Assembly (NCBI GenBank): GCA_020631905.1
Contig: JACKGQ010000001.1
Span: 229,854 to 293,853 of the forward strand
DNA: 64,000 bases
Origin: Candidatus Nomurabacteria bacterium
GTDB lineage: Bacteria > Patescibacteriota > Saccharimonadia > Saccharimonadales > VXPC01
Direction: 5' to 3'
The notes under the pieces were generated by a model. The model made no database searches. It was not told the DNA's origin and saw nothing but the letters and a program-made list of their open reading frames with translations. Made by a program: the position numbers and the translations under genes. This document shows, piece by piece, positions 35,661-44,047 of the stretch (the stretch's first letter is position 1; every line of letters begins with the position of its first letter).

Positions 35661-37201
35661 CGTCTAGATAAGTCGAGCAGATCAGACCAATACAAGATTG
35701 AGCCACTGGCTAATAGTCGGTTAACTTCGGGTATTAGATCGTTGTCATTAAAATAGCCACTCCAAACTGCTATCGGGCTGTGGTTGACTGCTATCAGACC
35801 ATCTTCTATATGTACTGAGTCGAACGAACTAGTTTCAAGCAGACTTGGGTTACCTGCAGCGATTAGTGTAATCTTGCCTGGATCGTATGGTACGAGTCGT
35901 AGGTCGTACAGCTCACCAGATATGACCGAGTAAGAGCCAATAAAAGCTATTTGATCAAAAGCATTGCGTATTACGAGCGGGTTTTGGATGGTCGTAAAAG
36001 CGTATGCACCTTCGTATGCTTCGTCTATCTGATAAAAGTAAACAGCTGTAACATTATTTAAGTACTCAATTGACCCCTCGCCATTTAACACCGACTCGAT
36101 ACTCGATTGTGCTGCCTCTTGTGGACTTGGCTCTTGCTCTAGGTAGTTAAGCGTATTAAAGTTTGAATTCATGTATTTGTTGTAGTAGCTGGCGGGGCAG
36201 ATTCGGTAATAATTGGTTAAGTCGACCAAGCCAGACTTGAAGCCAGGGTATTTAGCCTCGATATCTTCGATAATCGCATATTGCTTGAGCTGGTAAACCG
36301 AGCCCCAATCTACATCTCCCGGTAATACCATGCCTCGAGAAGTGAGCATTTCCGTAACAAGCGTAGCCCAATCTTCATGCTCACTTTGAGCACCGTAGGC
36401 GACCGCAAACTGACGAAACTCTGAAGGTTCGATTAACCATGGAGCTGGATCTAGATAGCGATCATTCAGGTAGCTGATTTGTCTCTGACTAGACTGCAGC
36501 TCGGCAATAAGTTGATGGTATCTACTGCCTGAGTTGCATAATTCGGTCTGAAGCGCATGAGCAATCTCGTGTACGAATGTGTCTGGCCCGGCCGATTCGT
36601 CAACCGCAATATCTTGGATGCCAATGTTGAACGCAGATTTGTTGAAAGTCACTCCAGCTGCGTCGCCCAAATTTGGGTTATCCGGGATAGAGTCAATCGA
36701 GGCAAAGACCGAAATGCGCAGATCGAGTGAGCGGACTAATTCGCTTGGGTAAAATCCTGGCCCGAGAATCGGTCCACTCGGGTCTGGATAAGGCAGGTTA
36801 TCGTACAGTGGCTGATAGATGGGATCATTCAGGCCGGCTGGGGCGTCTTCGGGAGTGTATACCGGGTTATATTCAACCCCACGTGCAACCAATGTTTGCT
36901 GGATGTAATCGGCTTGTAGACCGGTGTCAAAATACGCGTTTCTCAGTTTTAAGGATTCAAGTATTTGTTCAAACATGCCGCCAACAGGTATCGGCGTTTT
37001 CTCGATACATACTTGGCTGCCTGGACTCGTTTGGACGGTCGACTCGACGGATGGTTGCTGGTTTGAGTCTGCCATACTTGCAGCTGTATCGGTCGAGCTG
37101 TAGTCACCATCTAAGGCTAGTCCAAACATGCTCGATAACACTAAACCAAAGGCTACAAAGCGGCGGCGCACAAAGGGCTGCTCGTATCTTGTTATTTTCA
37201 T
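35657..37201 (-). CDS. secreted or membrane-anchored putative zinc metallopeptidase (HExxH)
   Basis: N-terminal hydrophobic anchor and the FVHEIAHALQ motif. No family otherwise recognised. Confidence 0.5.
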   Translation of the reverse strand: MKITRYEQPFVRRRFVAFGLVLSSMFGLALDGDYSSTDTAASMADSNQQPSVESTVQTSPGSQVCIEKTPIPVGGMFEQILESLKLRNAYFDTGLQADYIQQTLVARGVEYNPVYTPEDAPAGLNDPIYQPLYDNLPYPDPSGPILGPGFYPSELVRSLDLRISVFASIDSIPDNPNLGDAAGVTFNKSAFNIGIQDIAVDESAGPDTFVHEIAHALQTELCNSGSRYHQLIAELQSSQRQISYLNDRYLDPAPWLIEPSEFRQFAVAYGAQSEHEDWATLVTEMLTSRGMVLPGDVDWGSVYQLKQYAIIEDIEAKYPGFKSGLVDLTNYYRICPASYYNKYMNSNFNTLNYLEQEPSPQEAAQSSIESVLNGEGSIEYLNNVTAVYFYQIDEAYEGAYAFTTIQNPLVIRNAFDQIAFIGSYSVISGELYDLRLVPYDPGKITLIAAGNPSLLETSSFDSVHIEDGLIAVNHSPIAVWSGYFNDNDLIPEVNRLLASGSILYWSDLLDLSRR

Positions 37202-37246
37202 GTCACACTAGTAAAGCACCCGTTCACCTGATCGACAAGCATAAGC

Positions 37247-38458
37247 TTAGGCGCGTCTAGGCTTAATGCCAAGAGCACTAATAGTTACGAATACAAATAA
37301 AAACGCCAAAAATGCGTAAGACGACCGAGCTCCGAACAGACTAATAAACACGGCGATGCCAAGCTTAGCGACCAGCGATCCTGCAAATGTCGATGTGTAA
37401 TATGTAGGGTAGGCCATGTCTTCTTCGTGGCGATCAACTTGGTCGAACACAAATAGTTCGCAGATTGGCTCTAGGAAAGATAAAGCCAGCGAACAAGCAA
37501 TCGTAACCCCGATCACAACATGTATGTCATTGGCAATTAACATTAGTATTGAGGCAATTGTGAGCAACGAAAAACCGGTGGCAAATATCTTTCTATACCC
37601 GAAAAATCGGACGGTTTTAACTGTCAAAAATTCGAACAAAAACAGCGGCAACTGCGTTGCTCCAACTACCAACCCGACACTAGTTGGGCTGTAACCGTTA
37701 TCGAGCATAAACAAAGGCAAAAATGCCCAGACGTAACCCCACCACAATCTAACTCCTAAGCTCTGGATATAGGCAATGGTTAAGTTTTTTCGAGATAAGT
37801 AAAACTTAATGTTGGCTAGCGGATCGGTATCGAGCTTGACGCGTCGTTTGCCCTTAACATGTATCGGTAACAAAACGATTATTATTGCCGAAATCATGAT
37901 AAAACCACCGCTTAGTAATAGGGTGTTTCTTGTACCTAACTGACTTAATGCTAGTCCTCCAAGGATTGGTCCCACAAACCAACTAAAGTTAATCAGCGAG
38001 CCAAAGATACCCTGAAGGTTTGTGAATTCACGCTTAGAGCTTGTAGTGTCTTTAAGGGCGATATTGATTGCGTTGCCGCCAAACATCAATAATATATTGG
38101 TTAAACAGTAGGTAATAATCGCGACTGGCACAACTTTTGTAAGACCCAAAAAAATGGTTGCAAACGACAGGAGTATTCCCGAAACCACATATATAACAAT
38201 CTCGCTATATTTTTCGAGCAGATACGGCGCGACCATGGTAAACACAATCGCCAGTAGCGAGCCGAGTGCGGCTACGTACCCAACCGCAGCATCGGTTAGA
38301 CCGATGTTATGAAAATATATCGAGGCAATCGCGGTTAATATCGATGTGCCCATCGATAGGGCAATCCTAGATACCAAGATCTCGCCACTGGCTTTTATAT
38401 GGATTGGACTTTTTAAGAAATCGCTCATGAAGTCTGAGTATAAACCAAGCGTGTACAA
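37247..38458 (-). CDS. MFS transporter
   Basis: 403 aa with about 12 TM helices and a basic loop (HVKGKRRVK) between the two halves. Confidence 0.85.
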   Translation of the reverse strand: MYTLGLYSDFMSDFLKSPIHIKASGEILVSRIALSMGTSILTAIASIYFHNIGLTDAAVGYVAALGSLLAIVFTMVAPYLLEKYSEIVIYVVSGILLSFATIFLGLTKVVPVAIITYCLTNILLMFGGNAINIALKDTTSSKREFTNLQGIFGSLINFSWFVGPILGGLALSQLGTRNTLLLSGGFIMISAIIIVLLPIHVKGKRRVKLDTDPLANIKFYLSRKNLTIAYIQSLGVRLWWGYVWAFLPLFMLDNGYSPTSVGLVVGATQLPLFLFEFLTVKTVRFFGYRKIFATGFSLLTIASILMLIANDIHVVIGVTIACSLALSFLEPICELFVFDQVDRHEEDMAYPTYYTSTFAGSLVAKLGIAVFISLFGARSSYAFLAFLFVFVTISALGIKPRRA

Positions 38459-38465
38459 TATAGCT

Positions 38466-39044
38466 ATGATAAAAGCAGTTTTGTTTGATTGCTTCGGGGT
38501 TTTGGTCGAAGATGGGCTGGGGATTATGAGCCGTGAATTTCAGCCCACGCAAAATCAGTGGCAAGAAATGCAAGTTTACCGATTGCAGGCCGACCAAGGC
38601 AAAATCGATAGCCAGCAAGTTCAGCAAGAGTTTGCCCGGATTCTGAATGTTAGCTACGAACAGATCGCCAATTCTTTTGGTCGTCTTCACAAGAACTATT
38701 CAATGTTCGAAATAGTTAAAAGTATCAAGAAGCAAAATTTAAAAACCGGACTCCTCAGCAATGTGAGTCCTGGCTTTATTGAACGTTATTTTAGCCCCGA
38801 CGAAAAAGGACTGTTCGACACAATGCTACTAAGTTTTGAACTCGGTTTCACTAAGCCAGACAAACGCTTTTTCCAAGAGGCAGAGTTACGGCTTGGAGTC
38901 GATTCGAGTGAGTGCATATTTATCGATGACAACCAGCAAAACGTAGCCGCTGCGGAAGCCTTAGGCATGCTCGGGCATGTTTATGGCAACTTGAATGATC
39001 TCGGTTCGTTTCTTCGAGTTAATGGGGTTGGTGTTGAGCTTTAA
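38466..39044 (+). CDS. HAD-superfamily hydrolase
   Basis: Motif I LFDCFGVLV (DxF/D variant), motif IV FIDDNQQNV. ATG 38466 is taken within the longer track ORF. Confidence 0.8.
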   Translation: MIKAVLFDCFGVLVEDGLGIMSREFQPTQNQWQEMQVYRLQADQGKIDSQQVQQEFARILNVSYEQIANSFGRLHKNYSMFEIVKSIKKQNLKTGLLSNVSPGFIERYFSPDEKGLFDTMLLSFELGFTKPDKRFFQEAELRLGVDSSECIFIDDNQQNVAAAEALGMLGHVYGNLNDLGSFLRVNGVGVEL

Positions 39045-39281
39045 TTAGCGGATTTTGACGTAGAGTTTACGAGTTAGTTGGCAACGAGTTTTAACCTCGT
39101 AGTAGCGCATTCGCAAGATGCTAGCAGTGGCAGCGTTGGGCATATAAACTGTTAACATGTTTGGCTGAATCCGGATTTCTGGAGTTAGCTCGAACTCTTG
39201 GCGAATAAATTCTCGGAGTGCGGTTACTTCTGTTGGCTCCTCCATGTTCTTCTGCAATAAAAGATCTTTAAGCGAATCCAT
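39045..39281 (-). CDS. hypothetical protein (78 aa, possibly DUF721/DciA-like)
   Basis: Small basic protein. The family assignment is a weak recollection only. Confidence 0.4.
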   Translation of the reverse strand: MDSLKDLLLQKNMEEPTEVTALREFIRQEFELTPEIRIQPNMLTVYMPNAATASILRMRYYEVKTRCQLTRKLYVKIR

Positions 39282-39298
39282 GAGCTAAGTATATAGTA

Positions 39299-39327
39299 TT
39301 GAAGAAATCGTCTAAGTATTGTAGAAT
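39299..39327 (+). promoter_or_regulatory. promoter TTGAAG-N17-TAGAAT upstream of G+C-rich ORF C
   Basis: TTGAAG at 39299-39304, 17-nt spacer, TAGAAT at 39322-39327. Confidence 0.55.
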
Positions 39328-39373
39328 ATGCATCTGGACAATCCGGTCCAATTACCCAAAAAGGGGTACGTAC

Positions 39374-39901
39374 ATGAACGAAGATTTCCATTCTGATATC
39401 GGTGGGGTTCGTGACCAGCTCAACAGCTTGTTACGGGAAATCAGGGAGCTTCAGGCAAGAGCTGCCCAGTTCCAGTCTGATCTCGATCGCCGTCGTTCCG
39501 TGCAGCTCGACCCTGGCATCACCTCTGTTGACGCACAACTCGCGGAGTTCAGGTTGAAGATCATGTTCCTCCGCACAGAGTTGCTCGATGTCGCTGAGGG
39601 GGGCATCACCGAGGCCTATGCCAGCAGAGTCGACGAGAGCATGCCCGGTGTCGTGGAGTTCTACAACGAGTTCTTCGAAGCTCTCCAGACCTACGTCTTC
39701 GAGCCCGACTGGTTCCCGTTGAGGTTGGTCTTGGTGCCGAAGCCATCGAGCTGGCACACGCCCTCGGTGTCTCACACCCAACTGGTAGACAGTTTCAAGC
39801 AGGAACTCGCTGAGTTGTTCGCCAAGCACGGTGTGACCAGTGGACGCGTCGACGTCCGTAGAGGTCAGATCGTGGCCTTCACCCTGGATCCCCAGCGGTA
39901 G
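39374..39901 (+). CDS. hypothetical protein, G+C-rich ORF (island C)
   Basis: ATG lies 8 nt after AAAAAGGGG. 175 aa with a coiled-coil-like N-terminus and G/C-rich third codon positions. The antisense ORF 39431-39973 is a GC artefact. Confidence 0.6.
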   Translation: MNEDFHSDIGGVRDQLNSLLREIRELQARAAQFQSDLDRRRSVQLDPGITSVDAQLAEFRLKIMFLRTELLDVAEGGITEAYASRVDESMPGVVEFYNEFFEALQTYVFEPDWFPLRLVLVPKPSSWHTPSVSHTQLVDSFKQELAELFAKHGVTSGRVDVRRGQIVAFTLDPQR

Positions 39902-39980
39902 ATGGCTAGAAGCGGATCGGATTACCACTCCGGGGTGTGGAGCGTTAAGTTCCACCCCGGGGTGCCGATTCATGAAAACG

Positions 39981-40004
39981 ACACTCCGACAGGAGTGTTT
40001 TTTG
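39981..40004 (+). terminator. rho-independent terminator
   Basis: ACACTCC-GACA-GGAGTGT followed by TTTTTT. Confidence 0.75.
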
Positions 40005-40049
40005 CTACAAGAACTATGAACAGAAGTCTCCGGACTATATACTAGCTGT

Positions 40050-40913
40050 ATGCCGGAGTTACCAGAAGTCGAGACGGTTGTTTTGGGTTTGCGCAGCCTT
40101 TTACCTGGACATAAGTTTGTGCGGGTCGAGTTTGACTGGTCAAAAAGTTTCCCGAATACGCAAGCCGATGTCGAGAAGTTTTTGTTTGGTAGCGATGTAA
40201 TCGATGTCCGACGTCGCGGTAAGGCAATTTTAATCGATCTTAGCAGTGATTATACATTGGTAATTCATCTCAAGATGACCGGTCAACTTGTATATCGTGG
40301 TGAGTCCGATTTCGGCGGCGGTCACCCAAGCGACAGCCTAGTCGACAAACTGCCCGACAAGTCGACTCGGGTTGAGTTTGAGTTCGAAAACGGTCATAAA
40401 TTATTCTTTAATGATCAGCGAAAGTTTGGCTGGGTCCGGCTGTTACCAACTCTCGAGGTTGGCGAAATAAATTTTATGAAAAATCTTGGCCCAGACGCGC
40501 TAACAGTCACTGACACAGAGTTTGTAAAAAGATTTAAATCTCGCCACAAAAGTATTAAAGCCTGTTTACTCGATCAGACTATCTTGGCGGGTTGCGGTAA
40601 TATCTATGCCGATGAGGCTTTGTGGGCTAGCCAAATACACCCAAAAACTACCGCCAGTAAACTGACAGACAAGCAGCTTGCCGAGCTGCATAGATGCCTC
40701 CAACAAGTCCTAAAACTCAGCATTAGCTTGGGTGGCAGTAGTAGCAAAAACTATGTTAACGCTCAAGGCGAACGCGGCAGTTATTTAACTTTTGCGAACG
40801 CTTACGGGCGTGATGGTTTGCCATGCAATCGTTGTGGGCAGGAGATGACTAAAATGGTGGTCGCTGGTCGAGGTACACACGTCTGCCAGGGCTGTCAGCG
40901 AGTCAAAAAATGA
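40050..40913 (+). CDS. mutM: formamidopyrimidine-DNA glycosylase
   Basis: N-terminal MPELPEVE, H2TH region and C-terminal zinc finger CNRCG...CQGC. Confidence 0.95.
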   Translation: MPELPEVETVVLGLRSLLPGHKFVRVEFDWSKSFPNTQADVEKFLFGSDVIDVRRRGKAILIDLSSDYTLVIHLKMTGQLVYRGESDFGGGHPSDSLVDKLPDKSTRVEFEFENGHKLFFNDQRKFGWVRLLPTLEVGEINFMKNLGPDALTVTDTEFVKRFKSRHKSIKACLLDQTILAGCGNIYADEALWASQIHPKTTASKLTDKQLAELHRCLQQVLKLSISLGGSSSKNYVNAQGERGSYLTFANAYGRDGLPCNRCGQEMTKMVVAGRGTHVCQGCQRVKK

Positions 40914-41815
40914 GCGTAACGACATTAGTCGGTAGCCCTCAACGTGTCCTAGATGAGCTTACCAAGATCAGGACAAATTTTATCGATCAGTACGGCGAAT
41001 TAGCTGTCGAAGTTATTGATGATCCTGAGCTGCCACTAGAAACTATCCTGGCGGCAGCTGCTAGTTTGCCGTTTTTGGTCGAGCGAAAACTGGTAATAAT
41101 TAAGGATCTAAGTAGGTTTAGCGACGCACAAGACCTACAGAACTTATTGGCAGCCACTAGTGATAGCGTGGAGTTAGTGCTCACGGATCGCAATCTAGAT
41201 AAACGTAGTAAGTTATATAAAACTCTCCAGAAAACTACCGAATTTAATGAATTACGTCCTGCCAGTGGACAAAACCTAGTTCGACAAATTATCGCTTGGT
41301 CGCAAGAGATCGACTTACGGCTGAGCCCGCAAGCAGCCGAGTATTTGATCGACCAGGTAGGTGAAAACGAGGCGATGCTAAAGAGTGAGCTCCATAAGCT
41401 TGCGATTGTCGGCAAAGCCGATAAATCTACGATCGACGAGTTGGTCGAGAAACAGGTTCATAGTCGGGTTTTCGATTTACTTGATGCAGCCATGAACAAG
41501 CAACTGGCGCTAGCCGATCAACTTTACGCCGAACAACGTGCCCAAAAAGTTGAGCCACAGGCAATCTGGGCTCTAATTGTTTGGCAACTTCAGGTGCTGG
41601 CACTTGCCAAGACCACTAAAGACCCGGAGGCCATTGCAAAGCAGGCTGGTATAAATGTCTACCCAATCAAAAAGGCCTTAAAGCTAGCTAAAAGTATGGA
41701 TTATGCGCGAATGCTAGACTTAACAAATCAAGCAGTTGAGCTAGACTTATCGATAAAAAACGGTATCGACCCAGACTCAGCAATTAGACTATTTCTTGCG
41801 AACCTAGCGACCTAA
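40910..41815 (+). CDS. holA: DNA polymerase III subunit delta
   Basis: 301 aa. ATGA overlap with mutM. The clamp-loader delta-like three-domain length and pattern are a moderate match judged by eye. Confidence 0.7.
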   Translation: MSVTTLVGSPQRVLDELTKIRTNFIDQYGELAVEVIDDPELPLETILAAAASLPFLVERKLVIIKDLSRFSDAQDLQNLLAATSDSVELVLTDRNLDKRSKLYKTLQKTTEFNELRPASGQNLVRQIIAWSQEIDLRLSPQAAEYLIDQVGENEAMLKSELHKLAIVGKADKSTIDELVEKQVHSRVFDLLDAAMNKQLALADQLYAEQRAQKVEPQAIWALIVWQLQVLALAKTTKDPEAIAKQAGINVYPIKKALKLAKSMDYARMLDLTNQAVELDLSIKNGIDPDSAIRLFLANLAT

Positions 41816-41861
41816 AAAGCCTCTGCTAGAGAGGCTTTAGATGTGTTTGGTGGTTTTGAGA

Positions 41862-42242
41862 CTATTTATTAGCTGGTGCCTTTTTAGGAGCAGCTTTTTT
41901 TGGAGCTGGCTTAGCAGCTGGAGTTTTCTTAGCTGGTGCCTTTTTGGCAGCCGGTTTCTTAGCTGTTGAGCTAGGCTTTGAGCCGGCTTGCTTGGCCGCA
42001 TTGGCAACTTGGGCCTTTTTGCGGGCGGCTTTATTTTTGTGAATCACGTTCTTTTTGGCAGCTTTATCGATTGCACTGTCGACGGCAACTTTAGTGGCCT
42101 GGATATCGGCAGATTTTCCACCCTTTATGGCTGCCTGGAAAGCTTTTAATGCATCACGGACTCGACGCTTGGCAACACTGTTGCGTTTGGTGGCCGCGTT
42201 AGTCTGCTTAACACGCTTTTTTGCAGATTTTATGATTGGCAT
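41862..42242 (-). CDS. rpsT: 30S ribosomal protein S20 with Lys/Ala/Pro-rich C-terminal extension
   Basis: N-terminus MPIIKSAKKRVKQ...; the last roughly 40 aa are AKKPAAKKAPAKKTPAAKPAPKKAAPKKAPANK. Confidence 0.9.
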   Translation of the reverse strand: MPIIKSAKKRVKQTNAATKRNSVAKRRVRDALKAFQAAIKGGKSADIQATKVAVDSAIDKAAKKNVIHKNKAARKKAQVANAAKQAGSKPSSTAKKPAAKKAPAKKTPAAKPAPKKAAPKKAPANK

Positions 42243-42375
42243 TTTATTCCTTTTGACATTAGTTATTATCTTATAACCGGTGTAATATACACTAAAATCT
42301 TACTTTAAGCAAAAACTACTTGAATAAACAAAACGTTTATGGTAATGTACCAGGAGTAAAACTAAAAATAAAAAT

Positions 42376-43977
42376 ATGGATCAAAATTCACCCAATCCTA
42401 AGCAACAAATAGTCGAAAAGCTAAAATCGTCCGAGAACGTTTTAGTAACTGTGAGCACTAACCCAAGTGTCGATCAGCTAGCAGCCGCCATAGGCATGAC
42501 CTTACTGCTAGACAAACTTGGAAAACGAGTAACCGCTGTCTATAGCGGAGAAACTCCAAGTACAATCGAATTTCTTAATCCAGAGGGAAATCTGCATAAA
42601 GGTATCGACAGCCTTCAGGATTTTATTATTTCACTCGACGCCAGTAAGGCAGACAAGCTGCGCTATAAAAGAGATGGCGATGTTGCAAAGATCTTTATTA
42701 CTCCCAATAAAATCGCGATTTCCGAAGACGACCTCAGTTTTAGTAAAGGTGATGTAAATGTCGACACTGTGGTTGCGCTCGGAGTTGATCAGCGCGAACA
42801 CCTCGATCAGGCGATAGTTGCCCATGGCCGAATACTCCACGATGCCAGTGTGCTGACTATGATGGCTGGCAATGCTACTAGTGATGTTGGATCAATCAAT
42901 TGGCAAGATCCGGCTGCTAGCAGTTTGTCGGAGATGATTGTTAGCATCAGCGAAGCTTTTCAGAGTGGTTTGCTTGATGCACAGATGGCAACAGCCTTCT
43001 TAACGGGCATTGTAGCCGAAACAGATCGGTTCAAGAATAGCAAGACCACGCCAAAAGTCATGACAATGTCGGCTCAGTTGATGTCGGCTGGAGCAAACCA
43101 GCAATTGATAGCCGATAATCTGAGTCAGCCACCCGTAGAGCCAGAAAAGACCGAACCAGAAAAGGTCGAACCTGAAGTTGCACCAGCAGAGTCAGAGCCA
43201 CAACAAGAGCAGCCGGAACAACAGTCTGCCGAAAGAGTCGATTTTAATAACGCACCTACCGAAGAAAAAAAGCCCGCCCAATCTTCTGATGTGCTGAACT
43301 TTAATATGCACGACATCGAAGGCAACGTGACTTACGGCGACGAGGCTGGCGGGGCCCAGAAGGCCAAAGCAGATGACGAAGTTGAGGTAGACTTACGTAC
43401 CGATCGAATTCATATCGATAACGAAGGCAATATGCAGGCCGTCGACAAAGAAAACCCCGATTCAAATTCGAGTGAAAATGCCGGTGTGTCCGAGAACCCA
43501 GCCAACCTTGGTCAAGCATCTACTGCAACTAGTCCAGAGCCCGAAGCCGAGAACCAGTCACCGGAAGCCGAACGTCACGCCGAAGGTGGCGAGAGCTTTG
43601 CTCTCAATAAGCGCATGAAGGTCATCCAACCACTACCACCAGAACCAGAAGAAAAGCCTGACGCAACATCTGCTCCAGAGGTGTCGGACAGGACAATCGA
43701 CGATATCGAGACTCGTATCCAGCAGAATAATATACCAGAAGCAGACCAGGCAGTCATCGAACCTGCGTTGCCGGTTTCCCAAGATAATGCTCGCGAACAA
43801 GTTTATGATGCAATTAAAGCCGATTTACCAAACGAGGCTCCAGAGCCTATCAAAGCCCTCAACGCAATGCCTCTTAACGAAGGTGATACCGAACCGTTAA
43901 GTGAGCCAACTCAGCCTCAAGTAGAGTCGACAGCACCACCGCTACCACCTCCGCCAATCGCTCCCGATGGCGCTTAA
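42376..43977 (+). CDS. DHH/DHHA1-like protein with long acidic low-complexity C-terminal region
   Basis: The N-terminal ~230 aa resemble NrnA-type phosphoesterases, but no DHH motif is visible. The C-terminal ~280 aa are E/P/D-rich. Confidence 0.45.
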   Translation: MDQNSPNPKQQIVEKLKSSENVLVTVSTNPSVDQLAAAIGMTLLLDKLGKRVTAVYSGETPSTIEFLNPEGNLHKGIDSLQDFIISLDASKADKLRYKRDGDVAKIFITPNKIAISEDDLSFSKGDVNVDTVVALGVDQREHLDQAIVAHGRILHDASVLTMMAGNATSDVGSINWQDPAASSLSEMIVSISEAFQSGLLDAQMATAFLTGIVAETDRFKNSKTTPKVMTMSAQLMSAGANQQLIADNLSQPPVEPEKTEPEKVEPEVAPAESEPQQEQPEQQSAERVDFNNAPTEEKKPAQSSDVLNFNMHDIEGNVTYGDEAGGAQKAKADDEVEVDLRTDRIHIDNEGNMQAVDKENPDSNSSENAGVSENPANLGQASTATSPEPEAENQSPEAERHAEGGESFALNKRMKVIQPLPPEPEEKPDATSAPEVSDRTIDDIETRIQQNNIPEADQAVIEPALPVSQDNAREQVYDAIKADLPNEAPEPIKALNAMPLNEGDTEPLSEPTQPQVESTAPPLPPPPIAPDGA

Positions 43978-44008
43978 TTAACCTTTGTCTAGTTAGCCTA
44001 TTTTATGT

Positions 44009-44042
44009 ATTCAGATTATATAATCGATTATATAATCTGAAT
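44009..44042. repeat. perfect 34-bp AT-rich palindrome immediately upstream of truB
   Basis: ATTCAGATTATATAATC|GATTATATAATCTGAAT. Shares the core TTATATAAT-N-GATTATATAA with 25685-25710. Confidence 0.85.
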
Positions 44043-44047
44043 AAGCA

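Noticed and set aside
1362-40004. The G+C-rich blocks as assembly chimeras with host DNA.
   Set aside because: Each block is under 1 kb and is embedded on both sides in typical low-GC sequence. Each is precisely framed by a promoter with a 16- or 17-nt spacer and by a terminator or terminal hairpin, and there are several independent instances. Chimerism is unlikely, but it can only be excluded by read mapping.
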